Positions 44,889 through 55,375 of a stretch of 64,000 nt of DNA are shown here, one piece after another (the first letter of the stretch is position 1; every line of letters starts with the position of its first letter). Below the pieces are notes generated by a model, which was not told the origin of the DNA, searched no databases, and saw only the letters and a program-made list of their open reading frames with translations. The position numbers and the translations under genes were made by a program. The stretch is from Dudresnaya verticillata (lineage: Eukaryota). The stretch spans positions 1,798,001 through 1,862,000 of the forward strand of contig OZ374563.1 in the NCBI GenBank assembly GCA_977862235.1. The letters run 5' to 3'.

Positions 44889-45806
44889 ATGACGCGCGCC
44901 GCCCCGGACACGGCCCCCGCCGACCCGCTCCGCCCGGCCTTCCGCCTACTCTTCCGCCTGGACCGCCTGCTCGACCGCCTATCCTCCGCTCTCTCTCTCA
45001 TCTACATCACCCTAGTCCTGGTCCTGCTCGCACTAGCCACGATCGTCTATGTCCGCCACCTCCGCCCGGCCTTGCAGCCCCTCCTCCCGCCCATCCCCCT
45101 CCGCCTGCACACCGCCCTCTCCCTCTACCTCCTCCTCTCCACCGCCACAAACTACCTGCGCTGCCTGTTCACCAGCGCCGGCCGCCCGCAATCCGACCCA
45201 GAGTCGGCGCCGCCGCGCCGCCCGGACGCGGACCCCGACGCAGACCCGTCCCGCACGCGCTCGGAGACGTGGCGCCACTGCCTGCCGTGCCGCGCGCCAA
45301 AGCCGCCGCGCGCGCACCACTGCTCCGTGTGCAACGCGTGCTTCCACCGTCTGTGCCACCACTGCCCCGCGTTCGCGCGGTGCATCGGCCGCGACAACTA
45401 CCCGTTCTTCGCGCGCTTCGTGGCGGCTGCGTGCGCCGGCGCGCTGCTTGGCGCGGCGTCGTGCGCGCTGGTGCTTCGCGCCGCGCCGCACAACGCGCGC
45501 CACCGCGACCCGCTGTTCTTCGGCGCCGTCGCCGCGTGCGCCGTGGCCGTCGCGGTCGGCGTGCTCGCAGTGTGGCATGCGTACCTGCTCGCCACCGGGC
45601 AGACCACGATCGAGTGGCTGGAGAACGTGCAGATGCGGCGGAGAGGGCTGGCGCCGCCCGAGTGGGGGCGGTGGGGCGGGCCGTTTGATAAAGGTCTGCG
45701 GGGAAATGTCAAGGAGGCGTTTGGGCAGCTTCCCGGGCGGTTTGTGCCCTGGTGGGCCGTGCTGCTGCTGCCGGTAGGGCGCGTTGTGTTGCCCGAGGCG
45801 AGGTAG
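44889..45806 (+). CDS. DHHC-family protein S-acyltransferase with CHHC variant motif
   Basis: Four TM segments, CLPCRAPKPPRAHHCSVCNACFHRLCHHCPAFARCIGRDNY, TTIE, PFDKG..N. Confidence 0.88.
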   Translation: MTRAAPDTAPADPLRPAFRLLFRLDRLLDRLSSALSLIYITLVLVLLALATIVYVRHLRPALQPLLPPIPLRLHTALSLYLLLSTATNYLRCLFTSAGRPQSDPESAPPRRPDADPDADPSRTRSETWRHCLPCRAPKPPRAHHCSVCNACFHRLCHHCPAFARCIGRDNYPFFARFVAAACAGALLGAASCALVLRAAPHNARHRDPLFFGAVAACAVAVAVGVLAVWHAYLLATGQTTIEWLENVQMRRRGLAPPEWGRWGGPFDKGLRGNVKEAFGQLPGRFVPWWAVLLLPVGRVVLPEAR

Positions 45807-46840
45807 TGGCGGCCTGGGTCGCGGATGCGCGCTTGTTTACCCCGGTTTCACGCCCGGCATGCTTGCGTTGGCCTGTTGGGACGAGCTTTTGAAGACGTGG
45901 GCATGTGCTTGGTGGACCGTTGATACCCGTTGCGCTTTTGCGAGGACTGGAGTGCGGTGCGTTGCACGTGCTGCCTTTTTGGGAAAGTTGGGCTGTGAAA
46001 AGCCGAGAGAGCAGCGCGCCCGCCGTACGCTGGCGGACGTGCTGTGCTCGGTGCTGCGATGCCGCTGGATACACGACTTCGCGTCGTTGCATGGGGACTA
46101 CACCACCTCGTAGAGCAGCGGTTGCCAACGCTGAAGTCGCTCAGCGAGTAGAAGACCACGTGCCGGACAATTCGGTCGGTGGCATCAGAGGAGCGTGATC
46201 CGTTTGCTCCGTTTCCTTTGTTGCGGATGACCAGATCTGCTCAGCGGCCGCAAGATTTGGATGACGGCTGGGCAGTGGGCAGTCAGTGGCGCCGCTAATG
46301 CCCTTACACGACCGAGGAGGCGTTTCGAAGAGGCCGGCGAGTGTCATTGGCTGTGTGCAATGTAATATCTTAGGCTTACAGACGAGAGGCTCCAGCCGTA
46401 GTGGTGTCGCACATACCATCATGCTTACAGTACATTACAGAAGTGGATAAAGGCGGTGAGGGCCCTCAGCTTTGCGAAGCGGAATGTGTGATTGGGTGAG
46501 CTCGGGAGATCCCCAGATAGCACCATTCAAGACGCTAAGCCCTAACACCACAACGCCCCAAACACCAACCACCGAGGGTTTTGCACGATTTTCTCGCCTT
46601 CCTCGCGCCCCCACGCCCTCCGATACCGATAGGATACCGCGTTTGCGCCTCCGCACCTGGTCGCAGTTTCGCTCCGCTACCTTCTCGCTCTCTTTCGCCC
46701 CTCGTCTCCGCCGGCGTGCCCCCCCCCCCCCCCCCCCCCCCCCTCCCCCCTCTCACCCCCACCCGTCCCCCCTTCGCGCTCCCCTTCGCGCTCCCCTTCG
46801 CGCCCCGCGTCGCCCGCCGCCAACCGATCCCATCCCCGCC

Positions 46841-48418
46841 ATGGCCTTCGTCTCGGCCACCCCGGTGCTGCCCTCGGCCCGCGCCACCGCGCTGTCGGGC
46901 CGCGCCGTCGCCGCGTCCAGCCCGGCCCCGCCCGCCGCCGCGCCTCCGGCGCCGCGCCGCGCCCCGGCCATGGCCGTCGAGTTCCAGACCTACTCGGGTG
47001 GCCTCGACCGCGTCTCCATCCAGCCCTACGAAATCACCCGCTACCTCTTCAAAAACTCCCCGGCCACCCTCACCGAGCAGGAGAAGGACGTCGTCGTCAA
47101 CGCAGGCCTGCGCCAGGCCTTTGGAAATGCCCATCTCATGGAGGAGGAGCGCGCCGAGCTCTACTCGGCCGAGTCCAAGTTCCGCTGTGGCGACATCACG
47201 GCCAAGGAGTTCATTCGCACCGTCGCCAAGTCGGAAACCTACCGTAAGCGTTTCTTCGAATCTGTCAGTCAGTACCGCTTCATCGAGCTCAACTTCAAGC
47301 ATCTGCTTGGACGTGCCCCGCTCAACCAGGTCGAGTATTCAAAGCACTTCAAGATATTTGCGGTTGGCGGCTTCGAGGCTGAGATAGACTCGTACTTTGA
47401 CGATGGCGAGTATGATGATGTCTTTGGCGAGGATGTCATGCCGTACACCCGCTTCCGTGGTACCTACGCCCCAATTAACCAGTTTAACCGCATGTGCACG
47501 CTGGAGGGCGGCTTTGCCGGCTCGGACAAATTCAAGCCCCAAATGCTCGTTACCTCGCTCGCTGCCAATGTCCCCACCGCTGCTCATACCGTTGCCGATG
47601 GTTTGCCGGCAATTCCGAACTCTGAGCACCCATCGAAGAAGTACGACCTGCCCCCGGCCTCGCTCGAGCGATTCAGGAACGAGCTCGAGGTTGCGCGTGC
47701 AAAGGCGTATGAGCTCCAGGTGGAGCTCTCTAAAGCCTATTCAAAACTAAGTGAATATAGACAGGGCTTCAGTCCCTTCAAGGCCATGGTTGCCGAAATG
47801 GACATCACGCCCGTGTATGGCAAGAACTATGGAAACAACGCTGTTACCGTCTTCTCTGGGCAATACCAGGGTGCACCGTCGGCCTCTTGGGGTGCATCTG
47901 GTGTTGCAAACATTGATGGACCAACACGCCGCCCGGCAACTGTGATTGCAAGGAAGGAGAAGCAGCTCGAAAGCGTCAAGCAACTCATTCTTGATCTCGA
48001 GCGCCGTGTTGCCGTCCTCGAAGCTGAGCGAGAGACCCCGGCCGTCACACCGGAGCCGCGCCTGTTCGAGATCGAGGGTGTCGAAGCTCCGCCGCCTGTC
48101 GTTACTGCAGAAGTCATCGAAGAGGAAGCACCTTCTGCTATCGTCGATTCGGATTCGGTTATCGTTGTGTCACCGGCCGAAGCTGAGAACCTCATCACTA
48201 GTGATATTGATGCGGAGAACGAAGAAAGCGGTGTCGTTGCTCCAAAGGCAGTAGAAGTGGAAACGAAGAGAGAGCTGAAGGAGGTCGGAAGACTTCCAAA
48301 GGAACTCATGGAGGAGCTCGAAGAGGAGACCAAGGCGTCAGGAAAGGGCTTCCTCGAAGGCAAGGCGCCGAGAAAGCCGTTCCCGGGAGACGGTTCGGAA
48401 ATGGTCATTGGTGGTTAA
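46841..48418 (+). CDS. Nucleus-encoded phycobilisome linker polypeptide (PBS_linker_poly + coiled coils; LRC2/LRC3-like)
   Basis: MAFVS transit peptide, RQAFGNAHLMEEER, AESKFRCGDIT.KEFIR, YRFIELNFKHLLGRAP, EIDSYFDDGEY..FGED.MPY.R. Confidence 0.93.
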   Translation: MAFVSATPVLPSARATALSGRAVAASSPAPPAAAPPAPRRAPAMAVEFQTYSGGLDRVSIQPYEITRYLFKNSPATLTEQEKDVVVNAGLRQAFGNAHLMEEERAELYSAESKFRCGDITAKEFIRTVAKSETYRKRFFESVSQYRFIELNFKHLLGRAPLNQVEYSKHFKIFAVGGFEAEIDSYFDDGEYDDVFGEDVMPYTRFRGTYAPINQFNRMCTLEGGFAGSDKFKPQMLVTSLAANVPTAAHTVADGLPAIPNSEHPSKKYDLPPASLERFRNELEVARAKAYELQVELSKAYSKLSEYRQGFSPFKAMVAEMDITPVYGKNYGNNAVTVFSGQYQGAPSASWGASGVANIDGPTRRPATVIARKEKQLESVKQLILDLERRVAVLEAERETPAVTPEPRLFEIEGVEAPPPVVTAEVIEEEAPSAIVDSDSVIVVSPAEAENLITSDIDAENEESGVVAPKAVEVETKRELKEVGRLPKELMEELEEETKASGKGFLEGKAPRKPFPGDGSEMVIGG

Positions 48419-49744
48419 GGGAAGCAGAAAATGGCAGCTCAGCGGTGCATGTCGGGACAGATACTCTTTTTGGTGGTGTGGATGGGGCGATTGTGTGCTT
48501 GACATCCTTGCGTTGCTATTTTGCAATTCGGTCTTTGTTTGCTCGGATGTGCATGAGGAGTCGGGACTGCGATGAGTTGTACAATGCTTTATCGTTTATG
48601 GCTTGAAGTGCATCGAAAGTTTTCAAGTCGATTGGGCTTGGTCGCTTGGGTATAGCTTTTTGTCCGGGATCTGTTGGGAAGTGTGCATGCGTTGAGCGCC
48701 GCGAATTCATAAATGCACCTCAGTGTGCTTTAGCAGTTTGTTGTAATGAACTCTATCTTTTGGGCAGTGCTTATGCCGTGGGGAGACGATTTGCAATCCG
48801 TTAGGGTGTGGTTCTTTTGATCCATGCTATTCGTTGGAATGCTCTCTGTGGCTGCCAGTGATATATTGCGCAACCTGCTCGGTGGAGAGACTAGAGGCAT
48901 TATTTCTGTTATGCGTCGATCCCCCCTCATGAGTATTTTCACAGCCCCATCTCAAACATGGCATTTGTCTTGCGCTCCTCTTTCCCTCAATTGCCGAACT
49001 TTCAAAATCTAGGCATGTCGACACGGTGAAAGAACGAGCAAAGGTAGCGTAGAGCTTAGTTTGCTGTGCATACTACAATGTCACTCAGAGTCAAGCAACA
49101 CCTTGATTTCAGACAGGTCTAGTACCTCTCGAATGGTAGAAGCAACACAATGGAAGCAATTGAACTTCAGTCGTCCGCATTGCTAGTTCATAGATGGCCC
49201 ACCTCAATCTTTACTTGTCGTCACCGCCGATGAGACGTGCAACGTGCTTGGGCTACAGCTTTTGTCGTACTACAGTATGGTAATAAGCCTGTTATTCGAC
49301 ATCAGACGAACGTCTTATTGTACACGGGTTGCCCTTCCTCCCTGTTCCCTGACTGACCCCCGCACACCGACACCTTGCTGGAGGATACGTAAAGACTGGG
49401 CAGTATCTTTCCTCAAAGGCATCAATAATTCGGCTGTTCTGCAACAGTAACTCGAGGGTTCTTGCCGCCATTTTTTTCCGAAAATTTGAAGCAAAAACTA
49501 AACCGGACTAGAATGGGATCAATCTTCTTCTGTCCATGGCTTCCCTGCGAGAACGGTTCCATAGGTCGGGGCACGGCAGTAATTTGATCCCGTATGGTCC
49601 AACGCCGGGGTAGCAGTGAATCTTCAGTTCGGCACAGCTGTTCCCATACTTTCTCATCAAGAAAAGGGCAGCAGTCATCAACCCAGAGAATCCAAAAGAA
49701 GGTTTGAAGTTTGAGAACAAGGGCATCTCTCACGTGAATTTGAG

Positions 49745-52459
49745 ATGGAAGTCGACTTTTCCGACATCCTCGAGAAGTCGAAAGCTCTTCGCTCGAAGCA
49801 AGAAGCAGTGTCCTCTGGTTTCGCCGACAACATTCCTAGGCTGGAACGCGCTCTCCCGCAGATCGATCGCGAATCACGACGTCTTGCCTCTTCCCACGCG
49901 AACGCAGATGATCCTTCACATGCTGGGCGCTACGACGATTCCAGGGCGCTGCGGCTGCTGTCAGAGTCAGGCTTTCGTACCGACAACATTGAGCGAAACC
50001 TGCAGTCCTTCGCATTGCTCGATGCATTTGAGCCGGTGCAGTCCGTCGCCGACACCGATCTCGACGCGCACCTTGGCCAGATTCACGAGAACGCGATTAT
50101 CTCCGCGGTAGAATCTGCGCTGGACGAGGCTACCAAGCATTCTATGAGTGCCATAGCGTCAACCATTGAAGCTGAATGGGAGGCGTCCAAACGCGATCTC
50201 GTCACGCTTTCGACAGTGCCATACCGCACGCCGAATCGCAGGCAGCCCAGAACGCCCTCCACTGCGCCTGGGGGTGCTTTCGCTTCACCGTTTCGATTCC
50301 GGCGGGGGTCTATTGGTAGCAGACAGTCTGCTTCTGATGGTGAAATCGCAAGCCCCGGGGGTTTGAGTGCCAGAAGACCGGGCCCTACAACCCCTATATA
50401 CGAGTCTGTGGTCAGGCGAGCAGTGCATTCAAGGGCGAATCCAAACGTCAGCATTGCAGTCGCTACAGAGCTGGATGATTCCCTCGTTGCGCAATATGCA
50501 CCACGGGGGGATATCCATAGCGGACCGAAGAATATCCAGCACTTGCATGCTGTCTACACGGCACTACGGTACATTGTCGGCGAGGCCAATGTGCCCAGCC
50601 CGCCATCGGAGGGTGCATTTGCGGGCATGTACTCTGCAGAGGACCGGAGAAGGGCATGCATCGGAGCCTACCGCTTTCTTTGCCTGCAATTCCGGGAAGA
50701 CAAGATGCGTCGAGAGATCGAAACGCGGCCACTCGAAGCAAAGCGCGGAGGGATTCCAGGTATGCAGGCCGACGTGAAATCTTATCTCAATCTTGTTTTC
50801 GACCGCGGCATCCCTGAGAAGTTGATGAGAGGACCTTCTTTTGATGGACTTCCGCTATGGCCCCAGGTATATTACTGCCTTCGTGCAGGTTCTGTGCAGA
50901 CAGCTCTAGAGGTGGTTAGAGGTGCAATTGGGCAGGGATGCACAGACTCGAGCGTTGCACTCTTTGAACAATGCATTGATGCAGTGGTACAATCGGGGGA
51001 GAAGCGTGTGTTGCCAAACTCGCTGCTCGAGGATCTTGTTCAAGACTATGGCTTGTCTGCAAAGCGCGGTGAAGACCCTTACCAAAGAGTATGCTATGTT
51101 GTGCTGGCCAGGCTGGATCCCGCTGCCGGTGATAAGATGGCCCTACCTGACAGTGACTACTCTCTGTTGTTTTATTCGATTGAAGACTATCTGTGGCTCA
51201 GGCTCAGTGTAGCGCGATTGGAGGGAGACGAGAGGGCTCCAGATTCTTTGGTTATGTATGAGCTGTCTCTGAAGGCTATTCAGGAAGAGGTGAGGGGTTT
51301 CGGACCTGCGCATTTCGATCGCCAGGGGGATACGCCTGCGTTCTACGCTCTTGTCCTAATTTTGACAGGCCAATTCTCTGAAGCTCTAGCCTACTTGGAC
51401 CGAGGAGCTCGTGCCATTGCAGAAGCAACTCATATTGCATACGTGCTGTATTATTATGGTGTGCTTCGCGACGGTGAGCAGCCTGAGTCTGGAGGCCTGG
51501 AATGGGACGATGGTTGTTTCCGATTCGACTTTGCTGAGCTGTTGTGGAGATACGTATCGCGGTTTTCCCGGACCGATCCAACAGCTGCGGCAGTATATAT
51601 TTTCACGGTACGAGATGGAGAGGCGAGGAACAAGCTGCTGAGAAAGCTGTTATTGGAGACGAAGGAATTCGGGTTGCTGCTTGGAGAGAATTCAAGCCGA
51701 AGATCTGGGCGGCAGCAACGGCAAATCGGAGTGCTGGAGGAACTATGGCCTCTGGGAGGACGAGACGCGGCTGCAAATGGAGGTTGGTTGTCTGTAGTTG
51801 CCGACGCTGCTACGGCGGCCGAGGAAGCCGGGGACAGGAGTAGCGCAATCACTCTGTATGACACAGCCGGTGTGCAAAGCAAGGTGATACTGATCCTTAT
51901 CGACAAGCTTTCAGCAGAGCTAACGTCACGAGATTCTCCAGCAAGGGCACGGGTATTCCAGGAGGCAATTGAGTATCAAAAGCAGTTGGAAGGCGAGAGA
52001 GGAATGTACGGGGAGAGGCGGACGCGAAGGGAGGCTGAGCTGGATAAGATATTGCCATCGTTGTACATGCTATTGTCGCTAGGAGAGTTTTTTGATCTGC
52101 TGTGGAAGAAGAAGTTGGAGGCGGCTTGGGAGCTGTTGAGCAAGTTGTCGTTCTTGCCGAGCAATGATTCACAGCTAAGAGCAAAGACGTCGGAGCTGCG
52201 AATAGGTGGTGGGGTTTGGGCGGACGGTGTGTGTGACAGAGTGCCAGAGGTTTTGCTGGGTGCAATGGAAGTGGTGGCCGGGCTGCACAGGGCACAGCGG
52301 GCGTTTGGACTCGGGGGCAGCAGGAGTGGGAGTGGGGGAGAATACGGGGGCTCACTGCGAGGTGCAGCCAAGACGTTGGTGAATTTTTCGGGGATGGTGG
52401 GGAATATTTCTGCGGATATCTCGGCACGGCTGGTGCGACTGGAGGTGATGATGAACTAA
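49745..52459 (+). CDS. NUP93: Nucleoporin Nup93/Nic96
   Basis: IPRLERAL.QI, EWEASKR, LWPQVYYCLRAG, DPYQR, SIEDYLWLRL, LILTGQFSEALAYL. Confidence 0.92.
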   Translation: MEVDFSDILEKSKALRSKQEAVSSGFADNIPRLERALPQIDRESRRLASSHANADDPSHAGRYDDSRALRLLSESGFRTDNIERNLQSFALLDAFEPVQSVADTDLDAHLGQIHENAIISAVESALDEATKHSMSAIASTIEAEWEASKRDLVTLSTVPYRTPNRRQPRTPSTAPGGAFASPFRFRRGSIGSRQSASDGEIASPGGLSARRPGPTTPIYESVVRRAVHSRANPNVSIAVATELDDSLVAQYAPRGDIHSGPKNIQHLHAVYTALRYIVGEANVPSPPSEGAFAGMYSAEDRRRACIGAYRFLCLQFREDKMRREIETRPLEAKRGGIPGMQADVKSYLNLVFDRGIPEKLMRGPSFDGLPLWPQVYYCLRAGSVQTALEVVRGAIGQGCTDSSVALFEQCIDAVVQSGEKRVLPNSLLEDLVQDYGLSAKRGEDPYQRVCYVVLARLDPAAGDKMALPDSDYSLLFYSIEDYLWLRLSVARLEGDERAPDSLVMYELSLKAIQEEVRGFGPAHFDRQGDTPAFYALVLILTGQFSEALAYLDRGARAIAEATHIAYVLYYYGVLRDGEQPESGGLEWDDGCFRFDFAELLWRYVSRFSRTDPTAAAVYIFTVRDGEARNKLLRKLLLETKEFGLLLGENSSRRSGRQQRQIGVLEELWPLGGRDAAANGGWLSVVADAATAAEEAGDRSSAITLYDTAGVQSKVILILIDKLSAELTSRDSPARARVFQEAIEYQKQLEGERGMYGERRTRREAELDKILPSLYMLLSLGEFFDLLWKKKLEAAWELLSKLSFLPSNDSQLRAKTSELRIGGGVWADGVCDRVPEVLLGAMEVVAGLHRAQRAFGLGGSRSGSGGEYGGSLRGAAKTLVNFSGMVGNISADISARLVRLEVMMN

Positions 52460-52969
52460 CATTGGATGCGACGTGGATGCACGGAGATGAAGGAAGCAAT
52501 ACATATATGCGGTCGCGGGTAATGCTGCGGGTAATGCTCGGGGTATCTTAAGTGGGGTGTTGCGGGAATGTTAGGATTGGGCAATGCGTGTGGGTGGGAT
52601 TCAACAGACGGGGTTGGCGGTGGGCGGGAATTTTTTTTTTTTTCCGTGGGTGGGGAGGGGGAGTGGAAGTTGTCTGGTTGGGTTTGATTGTGGATGGCTT
52701 TGGACTCCGAGCCGTACGTTTTGTATCAAATGCCAGTGATGTGAAGTTTGTGGACTTAAGAGAGTTTGGCAATTTTATTGTCTTTGTGTACACATTGTCA
52801 AGTTTGGAAGACGATACAGTTGAGGGAGGAGGGAAAAAAAGTCGAAGGCAGTGACAGTAAGAAAAGCAAAGCGAGGAGCGCGGGAGAGGCAGCCAAAGAT
52901 ACAGAGCGCGGCTCGGACGTGATAATGTGGGTGGGCCTTAGCAGTCGTTGTGAAAGCGCGGGTTGAGAG

Positions 52970-53497
52970 CTAAAACCAGTCCGGAGGCTTCCTCTTCCTG
53001 TCGACAGAGCGGGCAAGTTCGCTGGAGCGGTCCGTACTGGCGAGCAGGTGGGGCGGGACAAAGCCAGGGGCGGTGGGTAGCGGGACGCGAAAGTCCTTTG
53101 CCGCGCCGGTCTTCCCCGCGGCGAACGAGCGCGGGCGGTGCTCGTGCGACTTGTAAGACCTGGACATGGCGGGCGTGGCGGGGCGAGCGGCAGACGTGGA
53201 TGGGACGTGGCGCTCGCGCGGCAGCGACGACGGGGCCGGGTCAAAGCGCGACGACGAGAACGGGGCGTGGTAGTGCGACGGCAGCGACTGCGGCGGCGAC
53301 GCGTGCGGCTTCCGGCGCGCCGACGCAGGCGCCGCGGCCGGCGCGCTCGACCGGATGGGAATCGGGGCCGTCGGCGACCGCTTCGCGGCGGCGGCGCGCA
53401 ACGACGACGACGACGACGACGCCGCGGCTGACGGCGGCGCGGCGCGCGCGGGCGCGGACGACGACGACGACGCGGCGTGGCCCTTCGACGACGGCAT
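52970..53497 (-). CDS. Disordered Ser/Pro-rich protein with S40/senescence-regulator-like motifs
   Basis: 175-aa ORF with TAPIPI, QSLP and FVPPHLL short motifs. Confidence 0.5.
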   Translation of the reverse strand: MPSSKGHAASSSSSAPARAAPPSAAASSSSSSLRAAAAKRSPTAPIPIRSSAPAAAPASARRKPHASPPQSLPSHYHAPFSSSRFDPAPSSLPRERHVPSTSAARPATPAMSRSYKSHEHRPRSFAAGKTGAAKDFRVPLPTAPGFVPPHLLASTDRSSELARSVDRKRKPPDWF

Positions 53498-54606
53498 GGC
53501 GCGGCGTGTGCGAGTGCGTGCGTGCGTGCGCGCGATGGGAGGGCGTGCGGGCGGTGGGCGGGTGTTGCGCGCGGCGAGCGACGGGGGCCGGCGCGCAGAT
53601 GGCGAGGCTGCGCGCGCGGCGCGGTGTTAGCTGCGCGCGCGGCTCCGCGGCGGCCGGGCGCAGGCAACGCGCGCGCGGCGTGACGCGCGGCGCGCGGATT
53701 GGCGCGGCGCGCGCGCGGCGCACATGCGCGTCACGGCGTGACGTGCCGCCTTGCGGCAGGCGCTGTGGCGGGCTTCACGGGCGCGCGCCGCGGCCGACTG
53801 CGCGTCGGACACTCGGCGCGTCTTCCGCGCGCACGCGTGGAAGCTTTCCCGCTCGCGCGCGCGCGCAGCTGGCGGCGCGTGTGTGCGCTGGCAGCGCTGG
53901 CGCTGCGCGGTGCAGTACTGTAGTACTGTACTCAGTAGCAATGCTGCCACGCGCTTTCAGGCGACAGGCGGCAGGGCGCGGTGCCAGCTGGAAGGACACG
54001 CTTGGTCGGTCGCGGCAACAACCGCTTCCGCATATTCTGTAGCGCTGTGCGTGTGCGCTTGACGGCTCTGTTACAGTTGGAGGCTCGCCCGTCGCGCAAG
54101 ATTCCCGCCCCGCGGCCGCGCGGACACGCCTGCCCGCCGCCGCCCCGCGTGCGAATCTTTCTCTTTATCGTTTACCACTGCGCAGCCGGAAAGCCGCCGC
54201 CGGCCGTCGCCGCCGCCACGCGGCGCAAGCGCAACCGCCACCCGCGCGGAGAGAACACGCGCGCCGCTGTTCCCAGCCGCCGCCGCCGCCGCCGACCGGT
54301 CGGGCAGCCACACAGTTACAGTGCGCACGCGCGCACGCGCTCGCTGCCATTCGCGCACGCTGCCATTCACGCGCACACGCGCACGCGCACCCGCACCCCG
54401 CACCCGCACCCCGCACCAAACTCCAACGCACCGCCGCGCCGCGCGTCACACCGACGTGCCAATGTGCGCAACGAGGTGTAAAAGCAGCACAACCGGCAAA
54501 ACAGCGCAGTCTACCGTAACATTTCTCAGCGCCGCGCCAACAACAAGCTCGCGCCCACACGCGCCGCGCCACGCGCGGCTGCCACAGCCGCACTTTCGAG
54601 TTTTAA

Positions 54607-54654
54607 AAATAACAAGCGGCACAGGCGCCTAAATAACAAGCGGCACAGGCGCCT
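54607..54654 (+). repeat. Perfect 24-bp tandem duplication upstream of PRP38
   Basis: AAATAACAAGCGGCACAGGCGCCT occurs twice (54607-54630, 54631-54654). Confidence 0.9.
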
Positions 54655-54802
54655 ACGCCTCGCCCCGCGCCGCGACAAGAAAGTTGAAAAAGCCGCCGCG
54701 CACGCGCACGCGATCCGCCTCCCGCCTCGCACGACAAGCCCCCATCGCCCCCCCTCCCCGCGATAGTCGCCCCCCCCTTCCACCCAACCCACCGCCCGCG
54801 CA

Positions 54803-55375
54803 ATGGCCAACGCCACCGACCCGCTCGCGCTGCACTCCCGCGGCACAGACCCGCAGCACCTGCTCGAGCCGTCGCTGCGACACGCCGCGCACGCGTCGCG
54901 CTTCTGGCTAGACGCGTGCTTCGGCCTGTCCCTCGCGGACGTGGTGCCGCTGGCGGCTAACCTAACGCATCTGTCCTTCTCCTCCACGTCGCCGTCGGCC
55001 TCGCTCTGCCTGCTGCTCAAGCTGCTCCAGCTCGCCCCGGCAGAGCCCGAGCTGCGCGTCTTCCTCGCGCAGCCGCACTTCAAGTACGCCACGGCCGTGG
55101 CCGCGCTGCACGCGCGCCTGACGCTGCCGCCGCCGCGCGTGTACGCGCTGCTCGAGCCGCTGCTGGCCGACTTCCGCAAGCTCGTCGTCGTGCCGCACCC
55201 GCACGCGTCGCACCAGCCCCCGCCCGCGCGCATCCTGCACATGGACGTCCTGGTCGACCGCCTGCTGCGCGACGTGCGCGTCCTCGGCCTCACGCTGCCG
55301 CGCCTGCCGCCGCGCCACGTCGTCGCGTCTGCAGCCCGCCCGGAGCTCCCGCCGCGCCGCTCCGCCGTGCTCTAG
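54803..55375 (+). CDS. PRP38: Pre-mRNA splicing factor PRP38 (N-terminal domain only)
   Basis: MANATDP....RGTDPQHL, SRFW..ACFGL, LCLLLKLLQL.P, FKY, LEPLLADFRK, HMD..VD.LL, LPRLP.R. Confidence 0.88.
   Translation: MANATDPLALHSRGTDPQHLLEPSLRHAAHASRFWLDACFGLSLADVVPLAANLTHLSFSSTSPSASLCLLLKLLQLAPAEPELRVFLAQPHFKYATAVAALHARLTLPPPRVYALLEPLLADFRKLVVVPHPHASHQPPPARILHMDVLVDRLLRDVRVLGLTLPRLPPRHVVASAARPELPPRRSAVL

Noticed and set aside
44270..45777. Alternative-frame ORFs (472 and 242 aa) over the DHHC gene
   Set aside because: Off-frame artefacts of high GC with no domain content.
54607..54654. Short direct repeats considered as a CRISPR-like array
   Set aside because: Adjacent duplication without spacers, in a eukaryotic context with no cas genes.
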